Source: Vitrella brassicaformis CCMP3155 (taxonomy: Eukaryota; Protista; Chromerida). Taken from it: 51,812 nucleotides of DNA. Below, piece by piece: positions 25,437-38,933 of the stretch. The position numbers and the translations under genes were made by a program. Every line of letters begins with the position of its first letter. Positions within the stretch are counted from its first letter, which is position 1. Below the pieces are notes generated by a model. The model was not told the origin of the DNA and made no database searches. It worked only from the letters and a program-made list of their open reading frames with translations. The stretch covers positions 1 to 51,812 of the forward strand of contig CDMY01000560.1 of the NCBI GenBank assembly GCA_001179505.1. The letters are read 5' to 3'.

Positions 25437-26865
25437 GGTAGTTGGCTACTAGCTAGCTGCTCTGTCTCTGTGGGTTTTCGGTGGTGAACCGTAGCTTTTC
25501 TGACCCTAGCGGACCGTAGCTTTTCTGACCCTTTCTGTGGGTGTCGCTGACCGACACGACCCGTGTGCGTGCGTGGGTGTGCCAATGCTCCATGTCGCCA
25601 AAACAATCACTGTCCACCTCGCCAGCCAACTCACAAGCGGATAGATGAGGCGGGTGACATGACAGCCTGTTTGCCAAGGTTATGCCATTCGGACCCCCTC
25701 AGTGACTACTCTACCGATCAAGCATCGCACGTGCCCTACCCATGAAGGTCTTTCAGAACACACAGCCATGGCTTGAAAATGACACGCGTCCCCATCCCAC
25801 CCTACCCGACATGCGAGGGCCCTTCTGCCCTGCCTAACTTGCTTAGACGTTGCAATCGGTCTCACATCTCATCTGTCGGAGCGTGGAAGAGGCGCAGAGA
25901 CACTGTCCAATCAGCACGGCGATGATGCCGATCGAGCGGTGCGCTGCCACTCTCAGACGCACCAACAGACGGACGGACAGAATGCGAAGAAGCAGACACG
26001 CATGACAACACAAAACCATAAGATATCCCCCCCCCATTTGTTGTACGGCGTCCGCACTTGCCTTGCCTGCCTCTGACTCGCCAACCAAACGAACGGGCAT
26101 CCAGGCCCACACAGCCACCCACCGTGAGCAATAGATGGATGGACCCGGTGCGAACTCATGTTGTCCCTTTCTCCCTCTCCCTCTCTCTCTCTCTCTCTCT
26201 GCGATCGGTCTGTAAGTCAGTAGACTTGAAAGACCCCACAAGACAGACAGACAGACAGACAGGCAAGCACCCAACCGGCAGGCAGCCCACTCCAGCCCGC
26301 CCACACCACACCACACTGCTCACAGATAAAACGCAACGCTCACACTGCTCACACATACCTCCCACTCCCTGGCCTCATTCGATGATCCCATGGATGAATT
26401 GCCGCCGTTGGTCGGTTATATATATATGTGTGTGTGGAATTGTGTCAGTGTACATGGACGCACGCGTCGCAAAAACACAATGTGTGCGCACCAGGCAGGC
26501 AGACAGACAGACCGAGAAACAAGCAGCAACCAGTGCGACGGGGGGGTTGGCCACCAGCAGCCAACACACGTGCACCCAGGCAGGCAGGCAGCTACAATAC
26601 AGCCATCCGGACCGACCAACCACTGAACGGCCCGGGGACCCTTAAATCCTTTCACTCACGTGCGTGCGTGGCCATCAGCCCAGCCCGTGTGCATCTTCCT
26701 TCCGCTGCTTCCATTGCACTGCACGCCTGCATAGCATAAAGCACCATTGATTGAAACCCACAAAAGACAGGCAGGGAGGCACCCAACCGAGAAAGCAACC
26801 ATGGACATTCACACACACACACACACATGATTTAAATGCCTCCCCCGCCCTGTCGCCATGTCCGT

Positions 26866-27762
26866 CTATCGGATCTTGACGACCCGCTCGCGTGTGCACT
26901 CGACATTCAGTGGCACCTTGACTTCCAGCACCCCATCTCTCATCCTGACACACACACAGAGAAGGAGGTGAGCATGAAGCGGCATTTCGGCACCCCCGCC
27001 ATCCCTCAGCAATCATCCCTCCTAACCTGGCGCGGATGCGGGGCAGCTTGGCCGCCTCGGGCAGGTGGAACGAACGGCGGAAGTGGCCCTTGGCACGCTC
27101 ACGGAGGACATATCGGCTGTTGGATTCACTGCTGATGGGAGACTGCACACACAGCCACACACACAGGGAGAGAGGAGACAGACTGACAGGCAGACAGACT
27201 GGTGGGCCGGCATCCGCATTGCATCGGCATGTCTGCTGTCCGTCTGTCTAGTGTCGGTCATCCCACCCACCTTGAAGGCTTGCTTCTGCGCGCCGGATAT
27301 GGTGAGGAGTCCCTCGTTGTTGACCTGCATGGTCAGGTCGTTCCTCTTGAGCCCGGGCAGATCTACACACACACACGCACCACACACTCAGAGTGAGACA
27401 AAACAACCCGAATGCGTGCATCTCTCGTCTCGTCACTGTCGCGTATTTGCCCGCCCTCCCACTCGATCACCTGCAGTGATGATGATCTGATCTGGGGAGG
27501 AAACGACGTCCGCATCGAACATGTAGTTGTGTCCCCCTTCATCTCTGTCCTTGCCGTTCTCCGACACGAAGCAGGCAGCACACATGCTCTTCAGTGCATC
27601 CAAGAACCCGCTGGTCTTGCCCCGCCGCTGCGGCGCCAGGAGATGCACGGCGGACGGCCGCACCTTTGTCTGTTGGAGACGTGTGTACGCCGTCAAGGGC
27701 GTAGAAGCAGCATCTGCGGCAGCAAGGCCGAGGGACACGAGGACGGCACAGATGAGGGCCAT
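26866..27762 (-). CDS. HSP20: Small heat shock protein (HSP20/alpha-crystallin) with N-terminal signal peptide
   Basis: DLPGLKRNDLTMQV...LLTISG, ERAKGHFRRSFHLP, and MRDGVLEVKVP...VVKIR*. Leader MALICAVLVSLGLAAADA. Confidence 0.88.
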
Positions 27763-27869
27763 GGTAGCAGCACCGGCAGTAGCGGAGATAGCGGTTTCAC
27801 GGCGGACCAAAGCGGCACGAAAGACATCCGTCAAACTGCTCAAAAACGAAGCGAGCTTGCTGCTTCACC

Positions 27870-29226
27870 ATGGAATGGTCTGCAGACGTATTCCGCGAGA
27901 TTGCCGAGTGGCTGGATACGAAAACGTGCCTCACCCTGCAGTCGACGTGTACAGAGGCGTCTTGCGCCCTCAGTCCCGCCTACTTCCGGCTGCGGCTGAG
28001 TGACTACCGCCGGACACGCTCGCCACGCCCGCGTGGATCGGTTCCCTTCACCGTCGATGTGTCGGCACCTGTGTGGGCGAGGGCCAGCATGATAATCGAA
28101 GCGGGCAGGCACTGGGGCAGATGGGACGACGTCATAGGCCTGCGAAGGCGGCTGGGAAGGAGAGACATCGTCATAGGTGCGCGCATGTGGCCGAGGGGGG
28201 GATGAGGGGGACACAGGTGTTCATCTGCATATAATGCCCGCCTTGTGTTGTGTTGTGTGTGCAGGCGACGATGACGCGAATGACGAGGAGAGCCTCCGCA
28301 GCTTCAGGGAGCTGCCGTCCTCGCTGGCACAGCTGAGCTTCCTCGGCCCTCACGTCGGCCTGGGCCTCACAGTGGACACAGGCGGCCATTCGCTGCTCTC
28401 CCGCTCCCTCACCGTTCGCTTCGAGGAGCCTCTGAGGTGCGAGGCCGCACTGGATGTGTCCAATGGTGCTGAGGACCCACTCGTCAGCAGGTATGTAACG
28501 CACCACTCACAAGCATGAACTCTTACAGGGAGCGCATTCGTCCAGGCTGTTTGTGTGTGTGTGTGTGTGTGTGATGCTTGCAGTTGTTCCGTATACGGTC
28601 AGTCGACCAACACGTCAGGCCGCGAGACGCACCTGACCTTCTCCACCCTGGCGCTGTGGCTGTATCTGCGCTCCTACTGCAAGGCGGCGTCGTACGTCAT
28701 GCAGGTAAGGGGCGACATCGAGGCGCTGCTGCATCACCTCGCACACATGAGGAGCAAGGCGACCAACAGCGACAAGAGGGCGGCGCCATCGTCCAGCAGC
28801 AGCGGCATGTTCGACGTGTCGCCGACCAGCAGTGCGTCAAGAGGAAGCTCACCATCACCCACACCCACACCATCACCGGCAGGCGAGGAAGACGACGAGA
28901 GCCCGACAGCATCCTCTCCGCCGCCAGGGCGGCGCCCCGAGGACTCGTCAGGACCGCCGATCGGCCCGAAGCGCCCGCATTTGCACACGGTGGACGTGTC
29001 GAGCTTTCTGCTCTTGTCGGACTGGTCGTCGACCAGCAGCAAGGATGGCGGCAAGGTGTGGCTGTTCGGCAACGGGTGGCACTTCCGGAGCAATGTGCCC
29101 AAGATGCTGCTGACCTTCAGCTGCTGGCCCCACGACGACGGCGTCGTGAGGGCGTTTGCTGACAGTATCAAGGCTGTCGGGGGCGTCGACAGTGTAGAGG
29201 GGCCATATTTGGTCCATAGACAGTGA
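27870..29226 (+). CDS. F-box-like domain hypothetical protein, multi-exon
   Basis: N-terminal WSADVFREIAEWLDTKTCLTLQSTC fits the F-box pattern. Exons at ~27870-28177, ~28265-28490 and ~28580-29226. Confidence 0.55.
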
Positions 29227-30707
29227 GGAAGGAAGGAGGGAGAGAGACAGAGAGCGAGTGTACAGTCAAGCCGCCTTGTCGTGTCGTGGGTGAGGGGCAT
29301 ACATGCCCGGAGGCGTGTCTGTGTGCGCGTGTGCGCGTGTGTAGCGGCATGCAGTTCACTGTAGTGTACTCTAGCCGCTCGTTTTTCCCCCTGCTGCGGC
29401 GAGGGAGTTGCTGTACAGTGATTGCGGCGTTGGGTTCTTTTTGGCCAATGTGTTTTTCGCTATGCCGGACGGACGGAGAGAGGGCCAAGGTCGGTGACCG
29501 TGTTCTTTCGTAGTTGTAGCGCGATGAGGGGCCCGCTGCGATGCGATGCGTCAGCTACACGCCTCACATCGACGCGGGCAACTCGGTCGCGTGACAGACA
29601 TGGGAGACACGTCGACGACCGACAGGAGGAGAGAGCAAGGAGCAGGGCTGGTTTTGATGGGCTACCAAGTGGTGTTGTTTCGACACACGTGGTCAGTCAG
29701 TGACAGCAGGTTGCCGTGTGTCTGATGAATGCGTTCTTGCGCGCCGGTTGTGCGTCTTCCCTTCCGTGTGAAAGTCTCATGGATGGCGAGGTGTGACATC
29801 TTTCACAAAGGTGTCACACTATGCCATCCACGAGGAGGGCCAACGGAGGCGGGGATCCACAACCAATAACCAATGGCGCTAGCCAACAAGTGGCGAGAGA
29901 GAAGTGAGAATATCATGAGCTTTGGCTGTGATGGAAACGTATTTTCCTGGTGCTTTCCATGTTGGATCGATGTGTGTCCCGCTCCCTTGGTGGCCTGTGT
30001 CGTCCGACCAGCTGAGACGCTTTCGCTCTGTCGCTTGTTGACGGCATTGCTAACGCGTCTCACAGGGCAGGGCCAGCAGGCCAACGAGGTGCGGAAACTG
30101 GAATCAGTGTCGGACGGACTCGTCATGATGTTCATGTCATGGGAAATGAAATGATCTCTGTCGTGCACCGCATCGCATCCGTGACGTCACCCACGCAGTC
30201 AGATCCATTCGTTGATTGGTTGCATCAGTCGCTGTGAGTGAATTCAGGCATACACAAAAGTCGCGTACCCCACGCACAGCACAGACAGCACAGCCACACG
30301 TTGTTCTCCCATCTCATCTCGCGGCCGCCCCCCACCCACCCCACGCAGGCAAGTTGCCTCTCTCTCTGCCTCTCCCCGACCCACACTCACGCGGCCAAAT
30401 TAACGAAACTTACTTTACATGACTGACTGCCTGTACGTGACGGAACGCACACCCCACGCACGCCATGCGAACCGAAGTCAGTCATTCCCCCACACAGCAG
30501 CAAGCAGCAGGCAGCGAACAAACAACGAGCCCCTCCCTCCCTCCCTCCCTCCCTCCCTTGGCTTCGCCCGTCGCGATATCGTTATTGACAGAACGTCAAT
30601 TAGAGAGATACAGAAATACAGACATATACAGACATACAGATGAATTCACAAAAAGGAAAAACGCTTTGATTAGTCGGTCAGTCTATCAGGCGCCCAGGCG
30701 TCTGTCC

Positions 30708-33684
30708 CTATCTGTTCCTGGGCTGTGTCCTGGCGGCTTGCGGCGGGGTGGATGGCAGCACATCCGGGAGCATCGGATTGGCCTGGGGGAAGTCCACCCG
30801 AGGCAGCACAGCACCGCCACGTGTGTGTAAGCGACTGTCAAACATGCGCAGCATCTGTCTCGACCGCCTGTCGTCCCCCTCGGCCGGCGACTCAGCACGG
30901 GAGGCCCTCACTGGAGCTAGCTGGGGACGGGCGGGGGGCGAAGAGGGCGCGACGGAGGAGGGCACACTGGCCCGGCCGGCCGGTCGCATGACGGACGCTG
31001 GATGGATGGGTGGGGACGAGGGTGTGAGTGAGGGCGACGGGGCTTTCCGAGCGGACAGCTCCATCTTGTGCTTCAGACACTTCAGACACACCTGCAGAGA
31101 GCATCGCAACCACAGACAGACAGACACGTGTGCAAATGCGGTAGGTCCTGTGGTGCTGTCAGGGTGTATGGTATGTGTGTATCACCTCACCTGCATGAAT
31201 TCGTTCCACTCATTCGGCGTGTGTCGCTGCAGCGTCATCGAAAGCGTCTCCACCTCGTGGAACAAGGCCTCCAGCCGCTCACGCAACGAATCCCTCTGCA
31301 AATCAAGAGAGCTGAATGCTCCATTCCTTCGCCCGTGAGTACGTACCACTTGGGTGTGCGCGCCGCATCCTGTGAACCGCGATATGACAAATGTGTAGAA
31401 GACGTCCCAACTGTAGCCGTCCAGCTGCCCAAAGAGCCCACACACAGACGCACCGAATTATCCATCCATCCATCCATCCATTTCGTTCACTCACCACAAA
31501 CATGGCTTGGCACACGTTGAATGTGTCGACCACTCCGCTGAGGGCTGGTGGTACCGTCACGCCCGGCAGAACGCCATGGCTGCCGTCGTCCTTCTGGTCA
31601 GGTGGGAACAGGTGTGGTATAAAGGCCTTCAGCACGTCGATGCGATGAGGGTCGGTGAGGACGTACAGACACACCAGACGAGGCATCTGAGAACGACACA
31701 CACAGCCAGCCAGCCGAGTGACATCCCTGTGTAGTGGTGTGGGATGAGGGGGTGTGTGGCCAGATTTACGATGAGCAGCGCCTCGACGTCGCATTCTATC
31801 ATCTTGTCCTCCAGCGATCGGGACTCGTCAATGTCGCCATCACCACCACACACCGCACCAGTGCCCGCACCCCCACCACCACCAGCGCCAGCACCATCAC
31901 CATCACCGGCCAGCGTGGCCCTCTCCTGGGCCGTCCGCTCGCGCATTGTGTCTGCGATGTGTCGCTTAAAGGCCTCCTGGTGCGGACGGAGGCACCTCTT
32001 CTGCATGTCGAGAATGCGCAGCATGTAATCGACGAGCTCAATCAGATGCCTCGTCATGGCCGGGCACTGCATCCACGAGACAGAAAGGTGTGCTTGGTGC
32101 TTCTTCGGCCGGGGTGTGTGTGTGTGTGTGTGTGATGACCCGCAGGTATTTGTGTGCGATCTCCCAGGTCTCTTCGATACGCACGAGGTGCTTGACGATC
32201 TGAGTGTTGTTCTGGAGGTGGGGGTCGATCCTCTCGGGCGTCTTGTGCAACGCGCGCAGGTGGCTGCAGACAGACAGACAGACAGACATACAGACAGACA
32301 GCCACACAACAGGATGAGTGTGTGTCGTGTGTTGTTGGGCCACGGCTGGCTGGGTGGGTGGGTGGGCTGCTTACCATCTGAAGTCGCGGAGTGCTTGTCT
32401 AGCTGCCTGGGCTAGCGCCGACACGGCCGCGAGATAGTGGTCGGGCGACCTGTCTGAGATAGACACACACAAAAATAGCCATCACTCCCTCCCTCCCTCC
32501 CTCCCCCCCTCCCTCCATCCCTGCCTCTCACCAGCCAGCGTGATGACATCCTCGCAGCAGTCGAGTATGTCCACCGTGAAGTCGTCCCGCCCCTTGCGCC
32601 GCGTGTTGGCAATGCTGTTCAGCCGAAACACCTTCCGCACAAACGACGCGCGCAGGTCCCGGTACTTGACCGGCGTCTTGATGCCCATCTCCATCGAGTG
32701 CAGCTGCATCTCCACCTGTGCCAGCTCCACCACTGGCAGCCGCGCCTTCTTCTCTATGGCGATCAGCTCATAGATGTACTGCTTCTCAAATTCGGCCCAC
32801 TTCTGGTCTAGGAGGGTGAAGTCGGCCTCTAAAATGGACCGCCACTTGTCGAGGGTGGGCTCCTTCATCCCTCTGTTGGCGTACGTCTGCAGCTGAATGT
32901 CAGTCAGGAGAAAGAGGAGAGCGCTCAGACGGCCGGCCCTTCGGTGATGCCATCCCCCTCCCGTCTCTCTCTCTCTCTCTCTCTGCCTATCCCTCTACTT
33001 ACTGCGGCCATGAGTTTCCGCCATGCGCCCGCCAGCTCCTGGCCGGCCGTGACGACACTGCGGCGAAATTGGTGGGTGTCGCCATTCACAACAATCGAGC
33101 AGAAACTGCACCGCACCACACAGACAAGGAACGACAGGCATATCCAGGCATTCGCAGGTGCGTGTTCGTGTTCGTGTCTTATTCTCTACCAGTCGAGAGC
33201 GGCTTCGAGGACGTCTGTGCGGTAGTTCCTCTGAGTGTTTGGAAAGAGTGCCCTGTAGTTCTTGGTGAACTCAGAACGGTACGACCGGTCTGCTGACGGG
33301 AAGCCGAACAGGGTCGCCGCAGCATCCTGGTCACAGACAGACCATGTGGCACATCCACACGACACACACTCTCAACCTACTCAGGCTCAACGCACCACCC
33401 TCCCTCCCTCTCTCCCTCCCTCCCTCCCTCACCGTAGCTGTGAGCAGCTGTTGGCACCTCCTTGAGCCAGCGTCGCTCTTGAACTCCGGCTTGAAGCTGA
33501 GCACCTCGGCGACCTCGTAGCGCATCAGCCCAAGAGAGATGAACAGCTGCGCCAGGGCCTTCTCCACATCCGCATTTGCCCCATCAGAAGCAACATCTCC
33601 CAAGCGGCCCGGGCAGGGTGAGTCGCTTGCCAATGGCGGAGGGGTGGGTGGTCGGGCGGGTGATGGCTGTACGGTGCTGGCCAT
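30708..33684 (-). CDS. Hypothetical helical protein with no recognised domain, about 10 exons
   Basis: Exons join in frame: MASTV..., DAAATLFGFP...SYRSEF, FCSIVVNG..., KWAEFEKQYIYELIAIE...NSIANTRRKGRDDF, IDPHLQNN, SMTLQRHTPNEWNEFM. The 3' end is approximate. Confidence 0.7.
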
Positions 33685-33942
33685 GGGACGATGGAACAGA
33701 CGCAGAATGCTGAGTCAATTTGAACCAGCTGGTGAGTCAGTTGAGCCGGAGAGGAGATGGCAACCAGATCATGAAAAATATACTGGCATACAAACGCGCC
33801 CAGCCATACCTGCCACAAGGGAGCACAGATACCTTTTTCTTCCCTGAGAGCGGTTTCGATGAACAGTTTCACGGAACCATTGCGAGCTTGAAATCTCCCT
33901 CACGAGCATTAGGTTGTTTTTTCCGGCGAAGGTGGTGTCCCC

Positions 33943-35473
33943 ATGGTGCTTAACTACTTGCTTGGAAAGCCAGGTCTCTTTCGTGATCTCTGCCGAGAAC
34001 TTGAAGCCATGCATGTGTGAGCTGCTTATGCGGTGCGGTACGTGTGATGCAGGTCCGGTGACGGGCTATGGGTCTGCAACCACAGCAGCACAAGTCGCCG
34101 CCGACAATGCCGAGCGCATCAAGGGCAGGTCAGTCAGACAACACACGACACACAGACGGCACGCATCGGTGAGTGACTGTCTGTCGGACTGTGCGGATCT
34201 GTCTGTCCTTGATGCAGGGTGTTCATAGTGACTGGGAGCAGCGCAGGCCTGGTTTAACAAACACACCACAGACCACTGCCTGCACCGCCACACCACACCT
34301 GGTATGTGGGTGTGTACATTCATTCAGGGTCTCGAGACGGCCACGGTGCTGACCAAGGAGGGCGGCCATGTGATATTGGCATGCAGGCCTGGCCAGAAGG
34401 CCGACCAGGCCCTGCAGAGCATCAAGGAGAAGGTGCCGGAGGGACAGGTGGAGCTCATGCCTCTCGACCTCGGCTCAACTGCATCCATCAAGAAGTTCGC
34501 AGCCGAGTTCAAGAGCAAAGGGACGCCGCTTCATGTGAGAAGGGGAGGCAGGCTCGTGTTTCCGTGTGAGGTTATGTGCGTGTGCCGCCGTCACCTGGGC
34601 TGCATGGCATGGTGTCTGGTCTGTAGGTGTTGATCAATAACGCGGGAGTGATGGCATGCCCCTACGGGCTGACAGAGGACGGGTTTGAGATGCAGCTCGG
34701 CACCAACCACTTCGGTAATGACCACACCAACAGACACAGACACACACACACACACACACTCCATCTCGCTCCCTCTCCCTGTCTGTCTGCAGGTCACTTT
34801 TTGCTGACCCATCTGTTGCTGGACAAGCTCAAGGGCAGCGGCGACGACTGCCGGGTCGTGTGTGTGTCGTCCGAGGCCCACAAACTCACCCCGAAGGGCG
34901 GCATCAAGTTCGACGACTTGAAGTACGAGCAGAATTATTCGCCATGGTACAGCTACGGCCAGTCCAAGCTTGCTAACGTCTTATACGCCAGCGAGTTGCA
35001 GAGGAGGCTGAAGGCCGATGGCGTCACCAATGTGACGGCGTACTCACTCCACCCTGGAGGAATCATGACCGGTCAGCCGGCGACACACACGCGAGGAACG
35101 CTTTCCCTGACTGTGTGTGTGTGTGTGTGTGTGCAGACTTGCAGCGTCACACCGGGGGAGCCATGGGATACCTTCTGTGGGGTTTGGACAGCTGTGGTCT
35201 GTTCAAGAGCATCCCCCAGGGAGCCGCCACCAGCGTGACGTGCGCCACGAGCGACAAGGTGCTCCCCCACGCAGGCGGCTACTTCGAGGACTGTAACCCG
35301 GTCAAGCCCAGCGCGGTCAGTACGTCAGTCACATCATTCCATCCTGTTATGACGCGTGCACATCGGTTCTCACTGTGTGTGTGTGTGTGTGTGTGCAGTA
35401 CGGTCAGGATGCTGAGATGGCCAAGAAGCTGTGGGAGGTGACGGAGAAGGAGCTGGAGCCATTCATGAAGTGA
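33943..35473 (+). CDS. Short-chain dehydrogenase/reductase (RDH12/TIC32/WWOX-like classical SDR)
   Basis: IVTGSSAGL|G (TGxxxGxG), [32 protein letters not shown] (YxxxK), [21 protein letters not shown]. Confidence 0.92.
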
Positions 35474-35928
35474 GTGATGAGGTGATGCACGTCAGGCATG
35501 TGAGCATGAGGCGGGCAGGCAGACAAGCGAGTGAGCGCGCTGCATGCCAAAGCCTCATCAGCGACATGTGATGTGTACGTCCCTTTCGATGAAAGAGGGC
35601 ACATCCGTCGGGGCGTCGGTGGGTCGGTGGATGGATGGATGGATGGCTGGATGAGGTTTTCTTCCTTCCCATGCCTGCATGTCTGTGTGCTGCCTTCACG
35701 AATGATTGACTAGCTCGCTGCAAGGACATCCATCGGTTATGATGACATGACATGAGTTTGTAGGCCACAAGCGAGACATGTACAATGGTTGGACGGACAA
35801 ATGCCGACGTGCGCAGCACGTCCATTTTGGATGAAGGGCATTCGAGAGACATGTCAGGGAGCAATAGGGACGGTCACACAGACACACACACACACACACA
35901 CACACAATACAACGAAGCCATCTCTCTG

Positions 35929-38715
35929 TCAGCTGGCTGTCCGGGGCGGGGTCTTGCCTCTGGTGGGGGGCAGCTGGCCGATGGGTGGCTGGTCCAGCAG
36001 CTGCTGACAAAAGGCGCGTATTTCCATGAGGTTTCGGATGTTGATCTGCTGGCCGTCGATGAACGGTGGGTGGGCACAGGTGAAGTCTATCTCGCTCTTG
36101 AACGGCGAGTAGACACGCGCCAGGAACAAGTGAAGGGCGTAATCTCTTACTGCGGCGAATCGATACATCGGGGCTGCACACACACACGCACACACACACA
36201 CACACGGAGACGCACACGACACATGCATAAGGAGGTGCACACCACACGAGCTCCACGTACCATATGTCTCGTTGAGCTCCCCAAACAGCATCTCGAGGAA
36301 GCTGACCATGGCATTCACCCGGGCCCATATGTGTTCGATGGCAGTCACCAAGTCAGCCCGCTGCTGTGCTGTCATGCTGTCTGGACCCACAACATGGCCG
36401 TTGTGCTGTTGCTGCACACTCCCACTCGCCACCGCCCCCACCACCCTGCTCGCGGCTGATGACGGGGAATCCTTCGTGTCCTTCGTCTCACCAGGCTGCA
36501 TCGGTGCCGAGGGCTTCTCCTTCTCGGCAGCCGTGTGTGTGTCAGTGGCAGCATTTTCGGCGGTGTCTGTCTTGCGATGGTTGGGCTGCGTGATGACGGG
36601 CTGGAAGCTCTCGAGCACTCTGCGCCACTCCACGAAGAGCGCCGTGTTGGTGAGAAAGGATGTGGCGAGGTCATAGGCCATGCTGCGGCCATTGGGGAGG
36701 GTGAAAAGCTCCAGGATCAGGCGACGGGCATTGCGGAGGGTGAATGGGTCGGGCGGAGAGTTGAACTGAATCGACGTCTGCACACAGGAACACTCACACA
36801 CGCATAGAGACACAAACAGACAGACAGACAGACAGACAGCCAGACAGACAGCCATGAGAACGAATCGGGAGAGTATTATGCTGCCTGCCTGCCTGCCTGC
36901 CTGCCTGCAGGTCCATGAGCATGAGAGGGAGGGACGGCAGCTCGTCATTGATGAATATCGGCTCCTCTTCCTCTGCTGATGCTGATGGATCCAGCTCTTG
37001 CGCAACCGACGCTGAGCTGCTGGGTGCCGAGAAGCTGCTGCCGGACATCGCCCGCGACCTGCCTGTGCTGTCTTCTGATGGGATGGACGGCGGGGCCGCT
37101 CTGCTGGCGCGTTTCATCTGGAGCATGAGACACATCTGCGTGGCGAAGGAGGCACAGGGCTCGAAGTAGTATCTAGAGGGGAGAGAGACAAGAGCGAAGG
37201 GAGACATCCTCCATCCAGCCATCTCTGGGGCATCTGTCTGTGTAGATGCCGCCTGACCTGTGTGCCTTCATTTCCTTGAGCAGTTCCTGCAGTGCGTCTC
37301 TCAATGCCGGCCTGAGGAGCCGCTGCTGCCCCTCCTCCTTACCCTTCTTGAGCATCGCCCGCATCCACATCGACCCCTTCCGCCCCGCCCCGCCGTCATT
37401 TCCATTGCCATTGCCCTCGCCATTGCGCTGGAAGGGCAGCTCAAACGGTGCCACCTCCATTGCGGTGCTCAGCCGTTTCGTGGTGCCTTTCTTCGGCAGC
37501 AGCTGCTGCAGAGATGTGACCTGCCGTGTGTCTGGCGGCGGCGACAGCGCAGGCAGCTCGAATACGGTGGATTTCCTTGACGACCGCGTCACGTCGCCGC
37601 CCGTCACCAGAGTGAATCGCCGTCTGATGTCTGGTGGCTGGCGGGTGTCGGATGGGGGAGACATGCATTGTGAAAGCGCCAGCTGGTTCAGCGTCTCCTG
37701 CACTCGGAAGATAGGGGGGGACGGGCGGAGGTTGCCCTGTGGCGATGTTTGTGGTGTACTTGTTTCTTGATGGTGGTCTTGACTTTGGCCGCGTACAGTT
37801 TAACGTCGACTGATGACAAATTCAGCATGTCCTTGATCCCCTGCAGGTGCTCCTCGTTGCATGCTCTCCGCACTTTGAACAGTCCCTTGAGACGCTGGAA
37901 GAAACGTTTCTCAACCTCCTCATTGCGCCACACGTGCGCCAGAAGGATTACTGCGGCACACACACACGACAAGAGACATGTGTGTCGACCACGAGGACAG
38001 TGTGCATTGATTTCTTCCTTCAGACACTTGTCTTCGGGCCCGCCAGCTGCAGGACCGTCACAAGTAAGCTCTCGAAGACATCATTCCCCGTGGCCACGTC
38101 CGTGGCGATCACATAGTCGAATGACTCGAATCCCTTAGCACCCCACCCCTCCTCCCGCAGCTCAGAGCCCCACAGCAATTCCTTCACCTCCATCTCAGTG
38201 GCGATGTTCTGCAGCAACGCCTGCTTGGTCGCCGACTTGATGTTGGCACGCAGCAGCGATGCGACCACCTTGGGCCGGTCCGTTGCAGTCACATTCGCAT
38301 TGCAGAGGGAGGCCACTATGCTGCAAAGGCCGCAGCCGGCGCCCAGCTCAAGGACGGTTTTGCCTTGGAAGAGTATGGGGTGCAGCTCTATGAACTTGCA
38401 GAACACCTCTGCTGCCGGCGAAACCGCCATCTGTTCGTGCCATAGGCACCCTCGGAGTCGCTCTCTGCAAGGGAGAAAAGAGAGATACCCACATCAGATG
38501 GTTGTGTATGTGTTCCATGCATACTTGATGATGATGGAGATGGGTTTGCCCTCGATGAGCGTACTGTACAAATACTCGGAGTCCCCCACACCGCCGGCAC
38601 GTTCATCCTCGCCTTGGACATGCGCTCCTCCCTTTTCTCTCTCACAGATCTCGGCAACTCGAGCCTCGAACAGACTTTGGATGCCCCTGTTGGCCTTCCG
38701 GAGGCGCTGCGACAT
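35929..38715 (-). CDS. METTL21/family-16 protein-lysine methyltransferase fused to a long C-terminal region of unknown function
   Basis: GKTVLELGAGCGLCSIV (motif I), VTATD, LLWG, FDYVIATDV, ILLAHVWR. In-frame splicing continues into exons at 37740-37258, 37173-36910 and 36780-35929. The start could be 38715 or 38760. Confidence 0.75.
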
Positions 38716-38933
38716 GACGGGGAGGGAGGGAGAGGATGGGGGCGCCCCCACCACATGCATGTCAAGCTCGCGCAGTAGCTCCCGTGAGCAGCGTTGTTCC
38801 GAGCAGCAGCGGTCGGCTGAACCCTCATCCGAATTTGCGGCTTTGTTTGAGCGGCGTGAGTTGGTGTTGGTGTGACAATGCGGATAGAGACCGTGCGGCC
38901 GGTGACGCTGCCGAACGAGAGGACCTTCAAACC

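Noticed and set aside
25488-25532. ACCGTAGCTTTT repeats resembling the dinoflagellate/Perkinsus spliced leader start (CCGTAGCC...)
   Set aside because: Only 7-8 nt match, the GGCTCAAG 3' half is missing, and there is no donor or Sm site context. Treated as a tandem duplication.
25440-26860. ORFs such as 25843-26316 (-) and 26058-26645 (+)
   Set aside because: They are dominated by microsatellite translations (RERE, LSVC, QTDR) with no coherent exon chain.
29500-30700. ORFs 29803-30168 (-) and 29873-30154 (+)
   Set aside because: They are short, have no recognisable motifs or convincing splice partners, and are left unannotated.
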